The translations under genes and the position numbers were made by a program. The notes under the pieces were generated by a model that was not told the DNA's origin, did no database searches, and was given only the letters and a program-made list of their open reading frames with translations. Below, piece by piece: positions 45,932 through 54,981 of a stretch of 64,000 nucleotides of DNA (the first letter of the stretch is position 1; every line of letters begins with the position of its first letter). Origin of the DNA: a virus (taxonomy: Duplodnaviria; Caudoviricetes); IMG/VR virus record IMGVR_UViG_2739368068_000001, positions 19,116-83,115 of that record; one strand, given 5' to 3'.

Positions 45932-47557
45932 TCACCCCGTGCGTTGCTCCCCGTCGTCTTCCGGCTCGGGAGCGTCGACAGGTTCGGTCGGCTGGCTGGC
46001 CGCCGCCGTCCCCGGCTCGGCGACCGGGGCGGCCCCGGCTTCCTCTTTGATCTTGATGACTTCGGCTTTCACCTGCTTGTCGTCCCAATCCGGGTTAAGC
46101 CTCCGTACCCGGGTTTCGATGCTGGCCGACTCCGCCGCCTTGATCATTTGCAGGCTGCGGGCGACGTCCTCGGTGTTGTCCGGTAGCCCGTCCGGCCAGT
46201 CGAGCACCGGCCGGATCGCCGTGACCCCGTCCGGCCGGAACTTCGCCGCGTCGATCTGCAACGCCGCGTACGCCAGCCGGGCCAGCGGCCCCGTGTAGTA
46301 GTTGATCTTCTTTCGGCGGGTCGACACCGAACGGCCAATCTGCGCGTTGACCTCGGTCGCCGTCGCGGCCACCTGGTCATCCTCGCCGAACGTCCGACCC
46401 GAGTAGCCGGCCGTCCTGACCGTCGTCAGCAGCAGCTCGCGACACGTCCGCGAGTGCTCCTCCACCCGGATCGCGAACTGCACGACGGTCAACTTCATGG
46501 CGCCTTCGCCGCTGTCGAGCGCCTCGACCTGCTCGTACACCTCGCGTTCCGGATCGAACACGCCGCCCTGGCCACGCCCCCGGGATTGGATGTAGGACCG
46601 GGGCACCACCAGGCGGCCCTTACCGATCCGCAGGTCGCGCATCCATGACGTCCACGCCTCGTCGAACGCGTCCATCATCGGCTCAGCGCCGGCGTAGTCG
46701 GACCGTCCCAGCGGCGACCCGCGCAACGTCCGGTGCGGGCGCATGTTCGGCACGTACTCGATGCTCAGCCCGTCGGCCCCGGTGTCGACCGTCTCCCGGT
46801 CGCCGGGGTCGACCAGCAACGCGAATGGTGCGGTCGCCGGGTGGTCCTCCAGCCGCATCCGCTGGCCGAGCTTGTTCTCATCGCTCGACCGGTAGACGCC
46901 GTGCAGGATCCGCCCACGCTCGTGCCGCTCCAGGTGCCGCCAGTGCCGCCCGTCGATCCGGTCCAGGTCCCGCCACAGGGTGACGGCTACCAGCCGGCCA
47001 GAACGGAACTCAGGGGCGGCGCAGTCAGGCGGCACCACGTCGAACAGCGGCACCTCGGCGACCGTCGGATCCCACATGACCCGGTGGTAGACGCCGCCGT
47101 ACGCGGCGGCGATCTCCGCCCCTTCCATCCAGGTCGCCTGTGCGTTGCTCTCGATAAGGATCTCATCGAGCCGCGCCTGTGTCTTAGGGCCACCAGCAGC
47201 GCCGGCGTCCTTGGGGATCCCGAACGTCGGCGGCTCCCCGAACAGCAGATCCGATGACGTGGTGGCGATGTCGCCGGCAAGCGGGATGTGCAGCTTGTGG
47301 CCGCGAGTCTGCCCGGTCGACGGGGGAGCGCCCCAGAACATGCGTTGGATGCCACGCGCGATCGCGGAACTAAACCGAGCGCCGCCGGCCGGGTTCCCGG
47401 CCGGGACGTCAGCACCGGCGATCGCCGGCATGTCCTCGTACACCTTCGCGAGTTCCTCCGGCTCGCCGGAGTACCAGGCACCCCACCGTCGGTAGAGCTG
47501 CCGCGCCTTGCGCGTCGACGGCGGCGGCCACTCCTCATTAGCGTTAGGCAGCGGCAC
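45932..47557 (-). CDS. Portal protein
   Basis: 541 aa; WYSGEPEEL, KLHIPLAGDIATTSSDLLFGEPP, LGRSDY, ASIETRVRRLNPDW. Confidence 0.9.
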   Translation of the reverse strand: MPLPNANEEWPPPSTRKARQLYRRWGAWYSGEPEELAKVYEDMPAIAGADVPAGNPAGGARFSSAIARGIQRMFWGAPPSTGQTRGHKLHIPLAGDIATTSSDLLFGEPPTFGIPKDAGAAGGPKTQARLDEILIESNAQATWMEGAEIAAAYGGVYHRVMWDPTVAEVPLFDVVPPDCAAPEFRSGRLVAVTLWRDLDRIDGRHWRHLERHERGRILHGVYRSSDENKLGQRMRLEDHPATAPFALLVDPGDRETVDTGADGLSIEYVPNMRPHRTLRGSPLGRSDYAGAEPMMDAFDEAWTSWMRDLRIGKGRLVVPRSYIQSRGRGQGGVFDPEREVYEQVEALDSGEGAMKLTVVQFAIRVEEHSRTCRELLLTTVRTAGYSGRTFGEDDQVAATATEVNAQIGRSVSTRRKKINYYTGPLARLAYAALQIDAAKFRPDGVTAIRPVLDWPDGLPDNTEDVARSLQMIKAAESASIETRVRRLNPDWDDKQVKAEVIKIKEEAGAAPVAEPGTAAASQPTEPVDAPEPEDDGEQRTG

Positions 47558-47584
47558 CGGTGGCCCCTCTCGTCGTGGTCACCG

Positions 47585-47863
47585 TCATCCGCGCCGTTCG
47601 CCGGGCGCCTGCCCGGGCCGGGCCCCGGTCGCGAGCCGGTGCAGGTTCGCGCACCAGCCGTCGAGCATCCGCGCGGGCACCTTGCCCCGGTAGAACTTCC
47701 GGCACCGGTCGAAATCTCCGGACTGTCCCCAATGGAAGATCTTCCCGCCTTCGGCAGGGTTGATCGCCCACGCGCGGAGCCGAGCCAACCCGGCCGCTTC
47801 CTTCGGTGTCTTCGCGGCCACGACGGGCCTCCCTTCGCTGGTCGTACGCTGGCCGGATGACAC
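47585..47863 (-). CDS. Small Cys/His protein seen as a domain of actinophage head proteins
   Basis: WGQSGDFDRC...GWCANLHRLATGARPG. Confidence 0.6.
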   Translation of the reverse strand: MSSGQRTTSEGRPVVAAKTPKEAAGLARLRAWAINPAEGGKIFHWGQSGDFDRCRKFYRGKVPARMLDGWCANLHRLATGARPGQAPGERRG

Positions 47864-48465
47864 GGCACGATGACGGCGCGATCGCCCTGGCCCTGCACCG
47901 CGAGCAGCTCCGCCGGATCATCCTGATCGGCTTCCAACGCGACGTTGACGAGTGGCGCCGCGAGCGGCGAGCGCTCGCCGATCCCCGGATCCGCGTCGAC
48001 GTCGTCACCGCGACCGACGGCCGCGACCTTGACCGGCTGCGCGGGATCGACGTCCGCGCGGCCGGCCTGGTCGTCCTCACCGGCCGCCCGGGCGGCAGCG
48101 TCGCCGACACCGTCGAAGCGCGGCACGCGGTCGCCTCGCTCCGCTCCGCCGGCGCTCGGATGCTGCCGCCGACGTGGCCGGAACCGACCCGGTACGTCGT
48201 CTACCGGGCCGCGTCCGGGGTGGCGGCGGTCGACCTGCCGCCCCTCCTGGTCGGCCAGTGGGCTGCACGTCCTGACGCCGGCGGGGAACCGGACGCCCCG
48301 CGCGAGGTCATCAGCCAGCCAACCGGCCGCCACGAGCGGCACCCGACCCGCGACGACTGGGCAGAGGTGTACGAGGTGCGTCCCCGGCCGGCGCCGACGT
48401 CACCGCGGCGACCTCCGGCGGGCGACACCGCCGGCGGCGGACACGAGGCGATGTCGGCGTGGTGA
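47857..48465 (+). CDS. Hypothetical protein
   Basis: 202-aa ORF from ATG 47857. Confidence 0.55.
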   Translation: MTRHDDGAIALALHREQLRRIILIGFQRDVDEWRRERRALADPRIRVDVVTATDGRDLDRLRGIDVRAAGLVVLTGRPGGSVADTVEARHAVASLRSAGARMLPPTWPEPTRYVVYRAASGVAAVDLPPLLVGQWAARPDAGGEPDAPREVISQPTGRHERHPTRDDWAEVYEVRPRPAPTSPRRPPAGDTAGGGHEAMSAW

Positions 48466-48800
48466 TCACGGTTCACGACCGGCTGCCGGTCGACACGATC
48501 AACGGCCGCTCGCCTGAGTGGTTCGGCGATGCCTGGTACCGGTTCGTTGGCGGCCCGGTCGACGGACACCGGCTGCCGGTCCGGTTCCGAGACGGCGCCG
48601 CGCCGCCGTCTGCCTGGGTGAGGCTGCCGCCGGCCCGCCGGGAGTCGTCGACGTATCCGGGCATGTCGATAACGGTCAAGGCGGCGGAGCAGTACGCGTA
48701 CTACGCGACGTTGGCGCCGATCCCGACAGTCGGGCCGCTGGAGTTGGTGTACGTCTATGACCGGCGGTACCCCAACCGGCTGCCGATCCTGGTCCGCTGA
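48459..48800 (+). CDS. Hypothetical protein
   Basis: 113 aa, coupled to upstream ORF; YRFVGGPVDG motif. Confidence 0.55.
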   Translation: MVITVHDRLPVDTINGRSPEWFGDAWYRFVGGPVDGHRLPVRFRDGAAPPSAWVRLPPARRESSTYPGMSITVKAAEQYAYYATLAPIPTVGPLELVYVYDRRYPNRLPILVR

Positions 48801-48804
48801 CAGC

Positions 48805-48840
48805 GGCGACGGGCCCCGCACTGGTACGGGGCCCGTCGCC
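48805..48840. terminator. Hairpin between convergent genes
   Basis: 14-bp perfect stem GGCGACGGGCCCCG / CGGGGCCCGTCGCC. Confidence 0.75.
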
Positions 48841-48854
48841 ATGAACAGGACCGG

Positions 48855-49430
48855 TCAGCCGCCGGCGATGACGCCCCGAGCCCGTAGGGCAGCCAACAGG
48901 GCGTTGTGGTCGGCCAGCAGCGCGGCGACGTCGGCGGCGACGCTATCGGCGACGGCCGCCGCCGAGCCGGTCATCAGCCCGCCGTGGCTGTGGTTGCCGG
49001 CCGCCGCCTGGGTCGCGCCAGTGCCCAACGTTCGTACCGATGCTGTACCGGCCGCCTGGTCCGCAGTCAGCCCGCCGTGGCTGTGGTTGCCGGCCGCCGC
49101 CGCCGTGGCCGCCGTGCCGAGCGTTCGTAGGCTCCCGGTGCCGGCGGCGGCGTTGACGGCCATCGGGTCGCTACCGCCGGGCTGGTGCGCGGTGGCATGC
49201 GGGCCGGGCTTCTCCTGCTCTAGCCGATCCTGGTAGGACTGCGCCACAAGCGCGGCGGTTAGCTCCCGCTGCTCCCGGTCAGCCTCCCAGAGGTTGATAG
49301 CCGCGATCGCTTCCGGGCTGGTCTGGTCGGGCTCCAGCATCCAGTTAGGGCGGGCCGCCAGGTCTGGCCGGGGGTCGTCGAACGCGTATACGCGGTCGTC
49401 GTCGATGTCGCGGTACAGGTAGTAGGCCAC
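48855..49430 (-). CDS. Head fibre / decoration-like protein
   Basis: Two RTLGTxATxAAAGNHSH repeats; C-terminal DHNALLAALRARGVI helix; GAGGAG RBS. Confidence 0.65.
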   Translation of the reverse strand: MAYYLYRDIDDDRVYAFDDPRPDLAARPNWMLEPDQTSPEAIAAINLWEADREQRELTAALVAQSYQDRLEQEKPGPHATAHQPGGSDPMAVNAAAGTGSLRTLGTAATAAAAGNHSHGGLTADQAAGTASVRTLGTGATQAAAGNHSHGGLMTGSAAAVADSVAADVAALLADHNALLAALRARGVIAGG

Positions 49431-49651
49431 GCGGCGTGCCTCCTCGGGTTGCGGGCTCAGTACGTCGACGAGCGGCTATCGTGGCGGGTGGCAGACGCAC
49501 GCCTGCCCGCTTCCGAGTCCCGGCGCCTACGCCGCCCAGGGGCGACGAGGACAAGGGTCAACGACTCGCGTGCCGTCGCTCTCCGGATCTGTCTGGTCGA
49601 CCTGACACCGCCGGCTGAGTGCGTAGGACCCGGCCGGAAAGGACATCGGGC

Positions 49652-50224
49652 ATGACCAGGAACAAGGCGCGTAAGCAGGCCGCCCGGACGCGGGCCGCTG
49701 CCACCGGGGAGAGCTACACCGCCGCCGCCCGGGCGGTCGCCGACCCGGCCGGGCCGCCGCCGTTCTTCAAGGCGGCGGGTGGCGGGGTGGCGTGGGCCGA
49801 CCTGATGCGGCGGCTCGACGAAGCAGAGAGCCGTCTCAGAGACCCGGACCCGTACCGGCGGGCGGCGGCGTTCTCCGCCCGGGCTCGGGTCTATGACCAG
49901 TTGTACGCGCAGACGACGAGTCATCCGGTGTTCGCCGCGGCATGCCTCCGCTCGGCGATGCTCGACGAAGAGTCTGCCGCCGCGATCCGTTTTGAGCACG
50001 GGATCCCGACGGTCTTTCCCCAAACCGAAGTACAACGGCTGCGGCTGCGCCGGTGTGAGACGTGCGGCCGGCCGTGGGGAGCGCAGACCGAGGATGCCTG
50101 CGGCGACTGCCCGCGTTTGCTGTTCGGGCCGACGCCGACAACCGCCGACGAGGCCGCGAGCATGGCGCCGCCGGTGCCCGTGGTCGCCGCGCAGCTCGCC
50201 GACGCGGATCCGGTCGACGACTAG
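49652..50224 (+). CDS. Hypothetical protein
   Basis: MTRNKARKQAARTRAAATGESYTAAAR N-domain; CxxC...CxxC C-terminus. Confidence 0.65.
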   Translation: MTRNKARKQAARTRAAATGESYTAAARAVADPAGPPPFFKAAGGGVAWADLMRRLDEAESRLRDPDPYRRAAAFSARARVYDQLYAQTTSHPVFAAACLRSAMLDEESAAAIRFEHGIPTVFPQTEVQRLRLRRCETCGRPWGAQTEDACGDCPRLLFGPTPTTADEAASMAPPVPVVAAQLADADPVDD

Positions 50225-50278
50225 CCGGCGCCCGGACGCGGCTGGTAGCCGTACTGCCTCACTGCCGATACCCCGGTT

Positions 50279-50575
50279 CTACCCTCGGCCCCGACTGCCG
50301 GACTGGTCGGGGCCGAACCCTATCCGGACGTCCCTGCCCGAGGGGTCGGCGAGCACCGCGTTTTCCAGGTGCGGGGGCCCGGCTGCGAACCCGGCCGGGA
50401 TCTGGCGGGCGTACGCGGCGGTGCGGTCGAACAGGTCGGCGGCGGCGGCTGTCACCTCGCCCAGCTCGGCGACCGCCTCGACGGAGATGGAGTGCCCGGC
50501 AACGGTGATGTCGGCCCGGCACCGGTGCAGTCGACGCGCTGGCGCCGCCGTCTCCTCCTGGTCGTCGTCGTTCAC
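50279..50575 (-). CDS. Hypothetical protein
   Basis: 98 aa, coupled to the upstream ORF. Confidence 0.5.
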   Translation of the reverse strand: MNDDDQEETAAPARRLHRCRADITVAGHSISVEAVAELGEVTAAAADLFDRTAAYARQIPAGFAAGPPHLENAVLADPSGRDVRIGFGPDQSGSRGRG

Positions 50576-50883
50576 CGGCCGCCGCTTCGGCGGATGTGGA
50601 CGGTCGCGCCGCGCGCGCGCATCGCGGCGATCGTCCGGTCATCGGGCGGCACGACGAGCGGCACCGTCCGGTCCTCAGCCATGAGACCGGCCTTGTCGTC
50701 GGTCCGCTCGATGTTCTCGACGTCCCATCCCCGGGGCCCCGACCAGCGATACGAGGTGTACGTGAGGCTGCCGTCTTCGATGGTGATCGTCGGGTTTTCC
50801 GGCAGCCACTCGTCTACGCCGTTGCGGGCGAGCCAGTCATAGGCGATCCGGTGACAGGGTTTCAGGGTGGCAGGGCGGCGCAT
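50572..50883 (-). CDS. Hypothetical protein
   Basis: 103 aa from ATG 50883. Confidence 0.55.
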   Translation of the reverse strand: MRRPATLKPCHRIAYDWLARNGVDEWLPENPTITIEDGSLTYTSYRWSGPRGWDVENIERTDDKAGLMAEDRTVPLVVPPDDRTIAAMRARGATVHIRRSGGR

Positions 50884-51261
50884 GGCGGGGTGCTCCGATC
50901 CACGTTGGAGGAATGGGCCGCCCGCGCGGCGCCGGACCGTGCGGGCGGGTGGTGCTTTCAGGTGCGGGCCGCGATTACCCAACGCTCGCGCCGCCCCGGG
51001 AACGGGGGGCGGCGGCCGGCGGCGTAACCCCGGAACCGTCCATGCCCGGCAAAGCGTGGACGGGCGCGGCCCTAATGGGAGTCGATCATCGGCGGCGTAG
51101 ATCGGCGCCGGTGACGTTTCGGAGGATGCGGCGACGGTCCGAAATGGCAGACCTAACCGGTGGGGCCGATACACATGGTGCGGGCATCGGCGACAGTCAG
51201 TATCTTGGCGTGGCGACCGGTCGCGAGTTCCTCTTATACCTCCTCGGGAAATGGAGTCTCG

Positions 51262-51903
51262 GTGACCAGAAGATCACGTTATCCGGCTGTCGTCAGGGCA
51301 GCCGCCAGACGAGTCATGACGGCCGGAATGCTGGCCGCAGCAATGGTCGTCACTCTGTTGCAGGTCGTTTCCCCGGCGCACGCGTCGAACTGGGGTTCGA
51401 TATGCGAGGTAGGCCCGCCGGCAGGCTGTGTCAGCCTCGCGAACAACAATCAGCACGTCCTCAACTGGGAGGGCGACGAAGACATACCCGGCATGCAGGC
51501 GGCGCACGGGTGGGCCCGTGACAACGTCTACAACCCGACCGACCTGCACGCCTACACCAACGCCGCCGACTCGCTCCCTGACGTGCGGGTCTGGGATGAG
51601 CCGTACGGCAACAACGGCGCGGTCGGCTGGGTCGACTGCCCGAGCAACAACACCGGCACCGGCGGCAGCCATCCGAACCGGTGGTGTCGTGGCCAAATCC
51701 TGCGGTACAACTCCTCATACACCACGACGCAGCTCTACACCGAAGCGCTTCGCCGACGCGTCGCATGCCACGAGATCGGCCACACGGCCGGGGTGAACCA
51801 CGAAACGAATGCCCTTGACACGTGCATGAATCCCGCGTGGATCGTGCCGACACAAACCAACCTGAACAACCACGACCGGTCTCACATCAACAGCTATTAC
51901 TAG
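51262..51903 (+). CDS. Secreted metzincin (matrixin-like) zinc metallopeptidase
   Basis: Signal peptide ending AHA; HEIGHTAGVNH (HExxHxxGxxH) plus Met-turn TCMNP. Confidence 0.82.
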   Translation: MTRRSRYPAVVRAAARRVMTAGMLAAAMVVTLLQVVSPAHASNWGSICEVGPPAGCVSLANNNQHVLNWEGDEDIPGMQAAHGWARDNVYNPTDLHAYTNAADSLPDVRVWDEPYGNNGAVGWVDCPSNNTGTGGSHPNRWCRGQILRYNSSYTTTQLYTEALRRRVACHEIGHTAGVNHETNALDTCMNPAWIVPTQTNLNNHDRSHINSYY

Positions 51904-51986
51904 GCGCCGCCCGGAACTACCGGGAGGATCGTCGCGTCGAACATCCAGATCCAGCGCCTATCGACCAGAGAAGAGAGCACCAGGAA

Positions 51987-52769
51987 ATGAGACCATTACA
52001 CATTCGTCGTTGTATCGTGCTGGCGGTGAGCGCCGTACTGGCCGCCGTGCCCATTGCCGGCTGTGCCACCGATCCCGGTCCCACGCCGGCCGCTGGCGCG
52101 GCGGCAGGATCAACCGTCGAGATCGCCAACGTCGACCGGCCCGACCCGGACGCGGCCGAGTTCTTCCACCGGTTCCACATGGGCGGTCTCCTGGAGCCGG
52201 AGCCCTGCGGGTCGATCGCGGCCGGCGCGGCGGCGGCGAGCGCGGTCATGATCGGCCGCGTCGAGCGGATCGAGCAGACCCGGACGTACCAAGGCGAGAT
52301 AGCCGACGACCGGCTGTCGTATGTCGGGGTGGTGCTCCGCCCGGTGCTGGTTCTCGCCGGCGAGGTGCCCGACCAGTTCGCGTCGGCGTTGACGGTCGAG
52401 TTCATGACCGGCAGCGACCCGGACGCGTTCGACCGGCTCCGGAAGGCGCTGCCCGTCGGGCACGAGGGTCTGTGGTTCCTGCGGAAGAAGAGTGACCCGA
52501 TCCCCGGCCGGGGACAGCCGCAGTTCCACCCCGACGAAGCCGACTATTACCGGGTGATGTCGTCGCAAGGGCTGTTCGTACAGGGTGCGGGTGGTGTCGT
52601 CACGCCGCTGGCCGAGGATCGGCCCGGCGACATGGCCGCAGAGGGTCGCAGCTATCAGCGGGTGTCGGCCCTGGTCGACGCTGTGCGAGACCTCGAACGC
52701 GCCCGCGTCAAGTCCGGGCAGCCGGGCCCCGCCTGTTACGTTTCGGCGGATCCGACGGCCGGCCGGTAG
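51987..52769 (+). CDS. Lipoprotein
   Basis: Basic n-region, hydrophobic core, lipobox IAGC. Confidence 0.75.
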   Translation: MRPLHIRRCIVLAVSAVLAAVPIAGCATDPGPTPAAGAAAGSTVEIANVDRPDPDAAEFFHRFHMGGLLEPEPCGSIAAGAAAASAVMIGRVERIEQTRTYQGEIADDRLSYVGVVLRPVLVLAGEVPDQFASALTVEFMTGSDPDAFDRLRKALPVGHEGLWFLRKKSDPIPGRGQPQFHPDEADYYRVMSSQGLFVQGAGGVVTPLAEDRPGDMAAEGRSYQRVSALVDAVRDLERARVKSGQPGPACYVSADPTAGR

Positions 52770-52901
52770 GACAGACCTCGACGCCGGGTCGGTCGATCGA
52801 GCAGCAGCAGGCGCCGGCCTGACGCTGCCGGCCGGTACCGTGGTCGACAGCAAGGGGGAACGTCAAGGGCCGGTCATGGTGGTGACCGGCCCTTGACATG
52901 T

Positions 52902-53366
52902 TCACCCCTCGACGTCGACCGCGGCGCCCTGGTCCCCGCCGGCGAGCGCCCCGAGCGGTAGCGGGCAGCGTGCCAGCCACACCCGCAGATCCGCGAGCTG
53001 CTCCCGGTACGTCTGCCCGTGCGCCGGCTCGTCGGTGGCGGGGTGGCCGATCTCGTCGACGATTGCCTGTGCCTGCGACTCGGCGGCGGCCCGCAGCTCC
53101 GGCGTGATCGGACCGCTGGCCACCTGGTCGAGAGTCCGTCGTACGGTGCCAAGGATCCGCCGTTCGTAGGCCAGCGCGTCGCGCTGGCCCGCGAGGTCGT
53201 CGATCAGGTGCAGCGCCCGATCCACCGTCGACTCGGCCGCCGACTGGTCGCCGGCGGCGAGCGTGCGGTGGCGCTCGTCGACACCTTCACGAAGCCGGCC
53301 GAGTTCGCGGGTGACGCGGGTCAGGGCTTGTACGGCCGTCTCGTCGCGGCGCCGGACGTCCGTCAT
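52902..53366 (-). CDS. Hypothetical coiled-coil protein
   Basis: 154 aa helical ORF. Confidence 0.55.
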   Translation of the reverse strand: MTDVRRRDETAVQALTRVTRELGRLREGVDERHRTLAAGDQSAAESTVDRALHLIDDLAGQRDALAYERRILGTVRRTLDQVASGPITPELRAAAESQAQAIVDEIGHPATDEPAHGQTYREQLADLRVWLARCPLPLGALAGGDQGAAVDVEG

Positions 53367-53674
53367 GCCCGTACCGGGCCCTGATCGGGCCGGACGTGCC
53401 GCCAACACACGTACTGTTCGGCGTGGCCACAGGCGGCGGTCATCAGCGGCCCGTACCGGCACTGCACCGACTCGGGCGCATCGGGGCCGCCGAACTGGAG
53501 CACCGCGTACACCTCTTCGCCGGCGAGCAGCGGCTCACGGCAGCTCGGAACGGCGCACGGGTCGCCGACCATCGTGGTGTGCGAATGGCCCGGCTCAAGG
53601 CAGTCCCATGGGACCGACGACGCCCAGGCGTCGAGTAACGCGTACGTCTTCGTGTAGGTACGGGTCAGGGTCAC
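53363..53674 (-). CDS. Cys-rich hypothetical protein
   Basis: 103 aa; CAVPSC, YVCWRHV. Confidence 0.55.
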   Translation of the reverse strand: MTLTRTYTKTYALLDAWASSVPWDCLEPGHSHTTMVGDPCAVPSCREPLLAGEEVYAVLQFGGPDAPESVQCRYGPLMTAACGHAEQYVCWRHVRPDQGPVRA

Positions 53675-53695
53675 GGGTCCTCCCGGTTCAGTTGC

Positions 53696-54064
53696 TCACG
53701 TCTGGCCGGGTTCGTACGTGGTGTCCACCGTCCAGGCCACCACTTCCCACGGAGAGCTGTCGCTCTGTTTGTTGAGGTGGTCGGCGCGACGCTGCGCGGC
53801 GGCCTCGTTGGTCCAGAGCCCGTCGATCTCGGCCGGCTCGTAGTTGCTGAACACCACCGCCCACACCTCGGCGCCGGCGTCGGCGTCGGCGAGGATCTCG
53901 GCGCAGACCGCCACCATGAGAGATCGATTCGGCTCTGGTACGTCGTCCCACGGCACGGCGGACGCCTCACGGGTTCGGTAGGCGTACGCCGGGGCCAGTC
54001 GTTCGTATGTCTCGTGGAACTTCTGTGCGAGCGCTTCGGCTGGGGCCCGGTGGTCGTCGGACAT
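53696..54064 (-). CDS. Hypothetical protein
   Basis: LAQKFHETYERLAP...WDDVPEPNRSLM; GAAGG RBS. Confidence 0.65.
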   Translation of the reverse strand: MSDDHRAPAEALAQKFHETYERLAPAYAYRTREASAVPWDDVPEPNRSLMVAVCAEILADADAGAEVWAVVFSNYEPAEIDGLWTNEAAAQRRADHLNKQSDSSPWEVVAWTVDTTYEPGQT

Positions 54065-54141
54065 TACACCTTCCGTTCATGATCGACATGCCGTCGATAA
54101 TGAAGGTTATCGACGATTTTCCAGATAGTGCACACCCGGGC

Positions 54142-54189
54142 TTCTTTCGTGCACATGATGTTGCTCAAAGATGCTGCCGCGCATAGTGT
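54142..54189 (+). promoter_or_regulatory. Operator-promoter (rightward) heading the right early operon
   Basis: TTCTTTCGTGCACA-TGA-TGTTGCTCAAAGAT; TTGCTC-17-TAGTGT. Confidence 0.85.
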
Positions 54190-54226
54190 GAAGCCACACA
54201 ACGAGCAAGCGCGAGAGCGAGGCACC

Positions 54227-54514
54227 ATGACCACCACCGCCGAGCCGGCGACCACCGCCGACCCGACCGACCCGACCGACGTGGTGTACTGCGCGCCGCT
54301 GGCCGGGTACCCCGGGGCGTACCGGGTCCGCGCCGTCGACGCCGAGCCGTTCGGCCCGGCCGAGGGCGTCATGCAGCAGACCGGCACCGGCTGGTCGGTG
54401 ATGTGGGGCGCCGCGTCGTACGGGTTCGCCCAGAACCGCGAGATCCCCGGCGGGCTGCTCGACATCGTCGCCGCCGCCCGGGCCGCCGTCGACATCATCG
54501 GGGCCGGCCAGTGA
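54227..54514 (+). CDS. Hypothetical early protein
   Basis: 95 aa, first ORF after the promoter. Confidence 0.6.
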   Translation: MTTTAEPATTADPTDPTDVVYCAPLAGYPGAYRVRAVDAEPFGPAEGVMQQTGTGWSVMWGAASYGFAQNREIPGGLLDIVAAARAAVDIIGAGQ

Positions 54515-54795
54515 CCCGCACCGTGTACGAAACCGCGACCCTGATCATCGACAACTTCGACACCCGACTCCGACTCACCACGGGTCCGTGGAAGCCGGGT
54601 AAGCCGCACCAGCGGATCAACGTTCTCGGCGAGCCTGGCACCTGGTGGGAGCGCGCCGCCGGCGGACCGGTGCCCTACTTCCGGGCCGCCGCTGACGCCG
54701 AGTTGGCCCGGTTCGGTTACCGCCGGGCCGGCAACTGGGTGGACGACTCCGGCTGGTGGGGGCACGTCGCCCCGATCGTCCCGATCGGACAGTGA
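54511..54795 (+). CDS. Hypothetical early protein
   Basis: GTGA-coupled, 94 aa. Confidence 0.55.
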   Translation: MTRTVYETATLIIDNFDTRLRLTTGPWKPGKPHQRINVLGEPGTWWERAAGGPVPYFRAAADAELARFGYRRAGNWVDDSGWWGHVAPIVPIGQ

Positions 54796-54981
54796 ACACC
54801 GCGCCGGCGCCGCCATCGATGGCGGCGCCGGCCCGACCCGACCGCACCCGATCGCGCCGTGGCGCGCGACCGTCGCCCTGTACGCCCGGAACCTGTCGGC
54901 GGCCAGGGCCGCGATCACGCACCACGTCGCCGGCGTCGACGCCGACGAAGGCACCCACCGAGAAGAGGGGAAAAAGCACCA

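Noticed and set aside
398-54172. 31-bp palindromes as dif/lox-type sites for the tyrosine recombinase
   Set aside because: The 3-bp centre does not fit a 6-8 bp crossover spacer, and every copy coincides with a -35 box 17 bp from a -10 box, which fits an operator.
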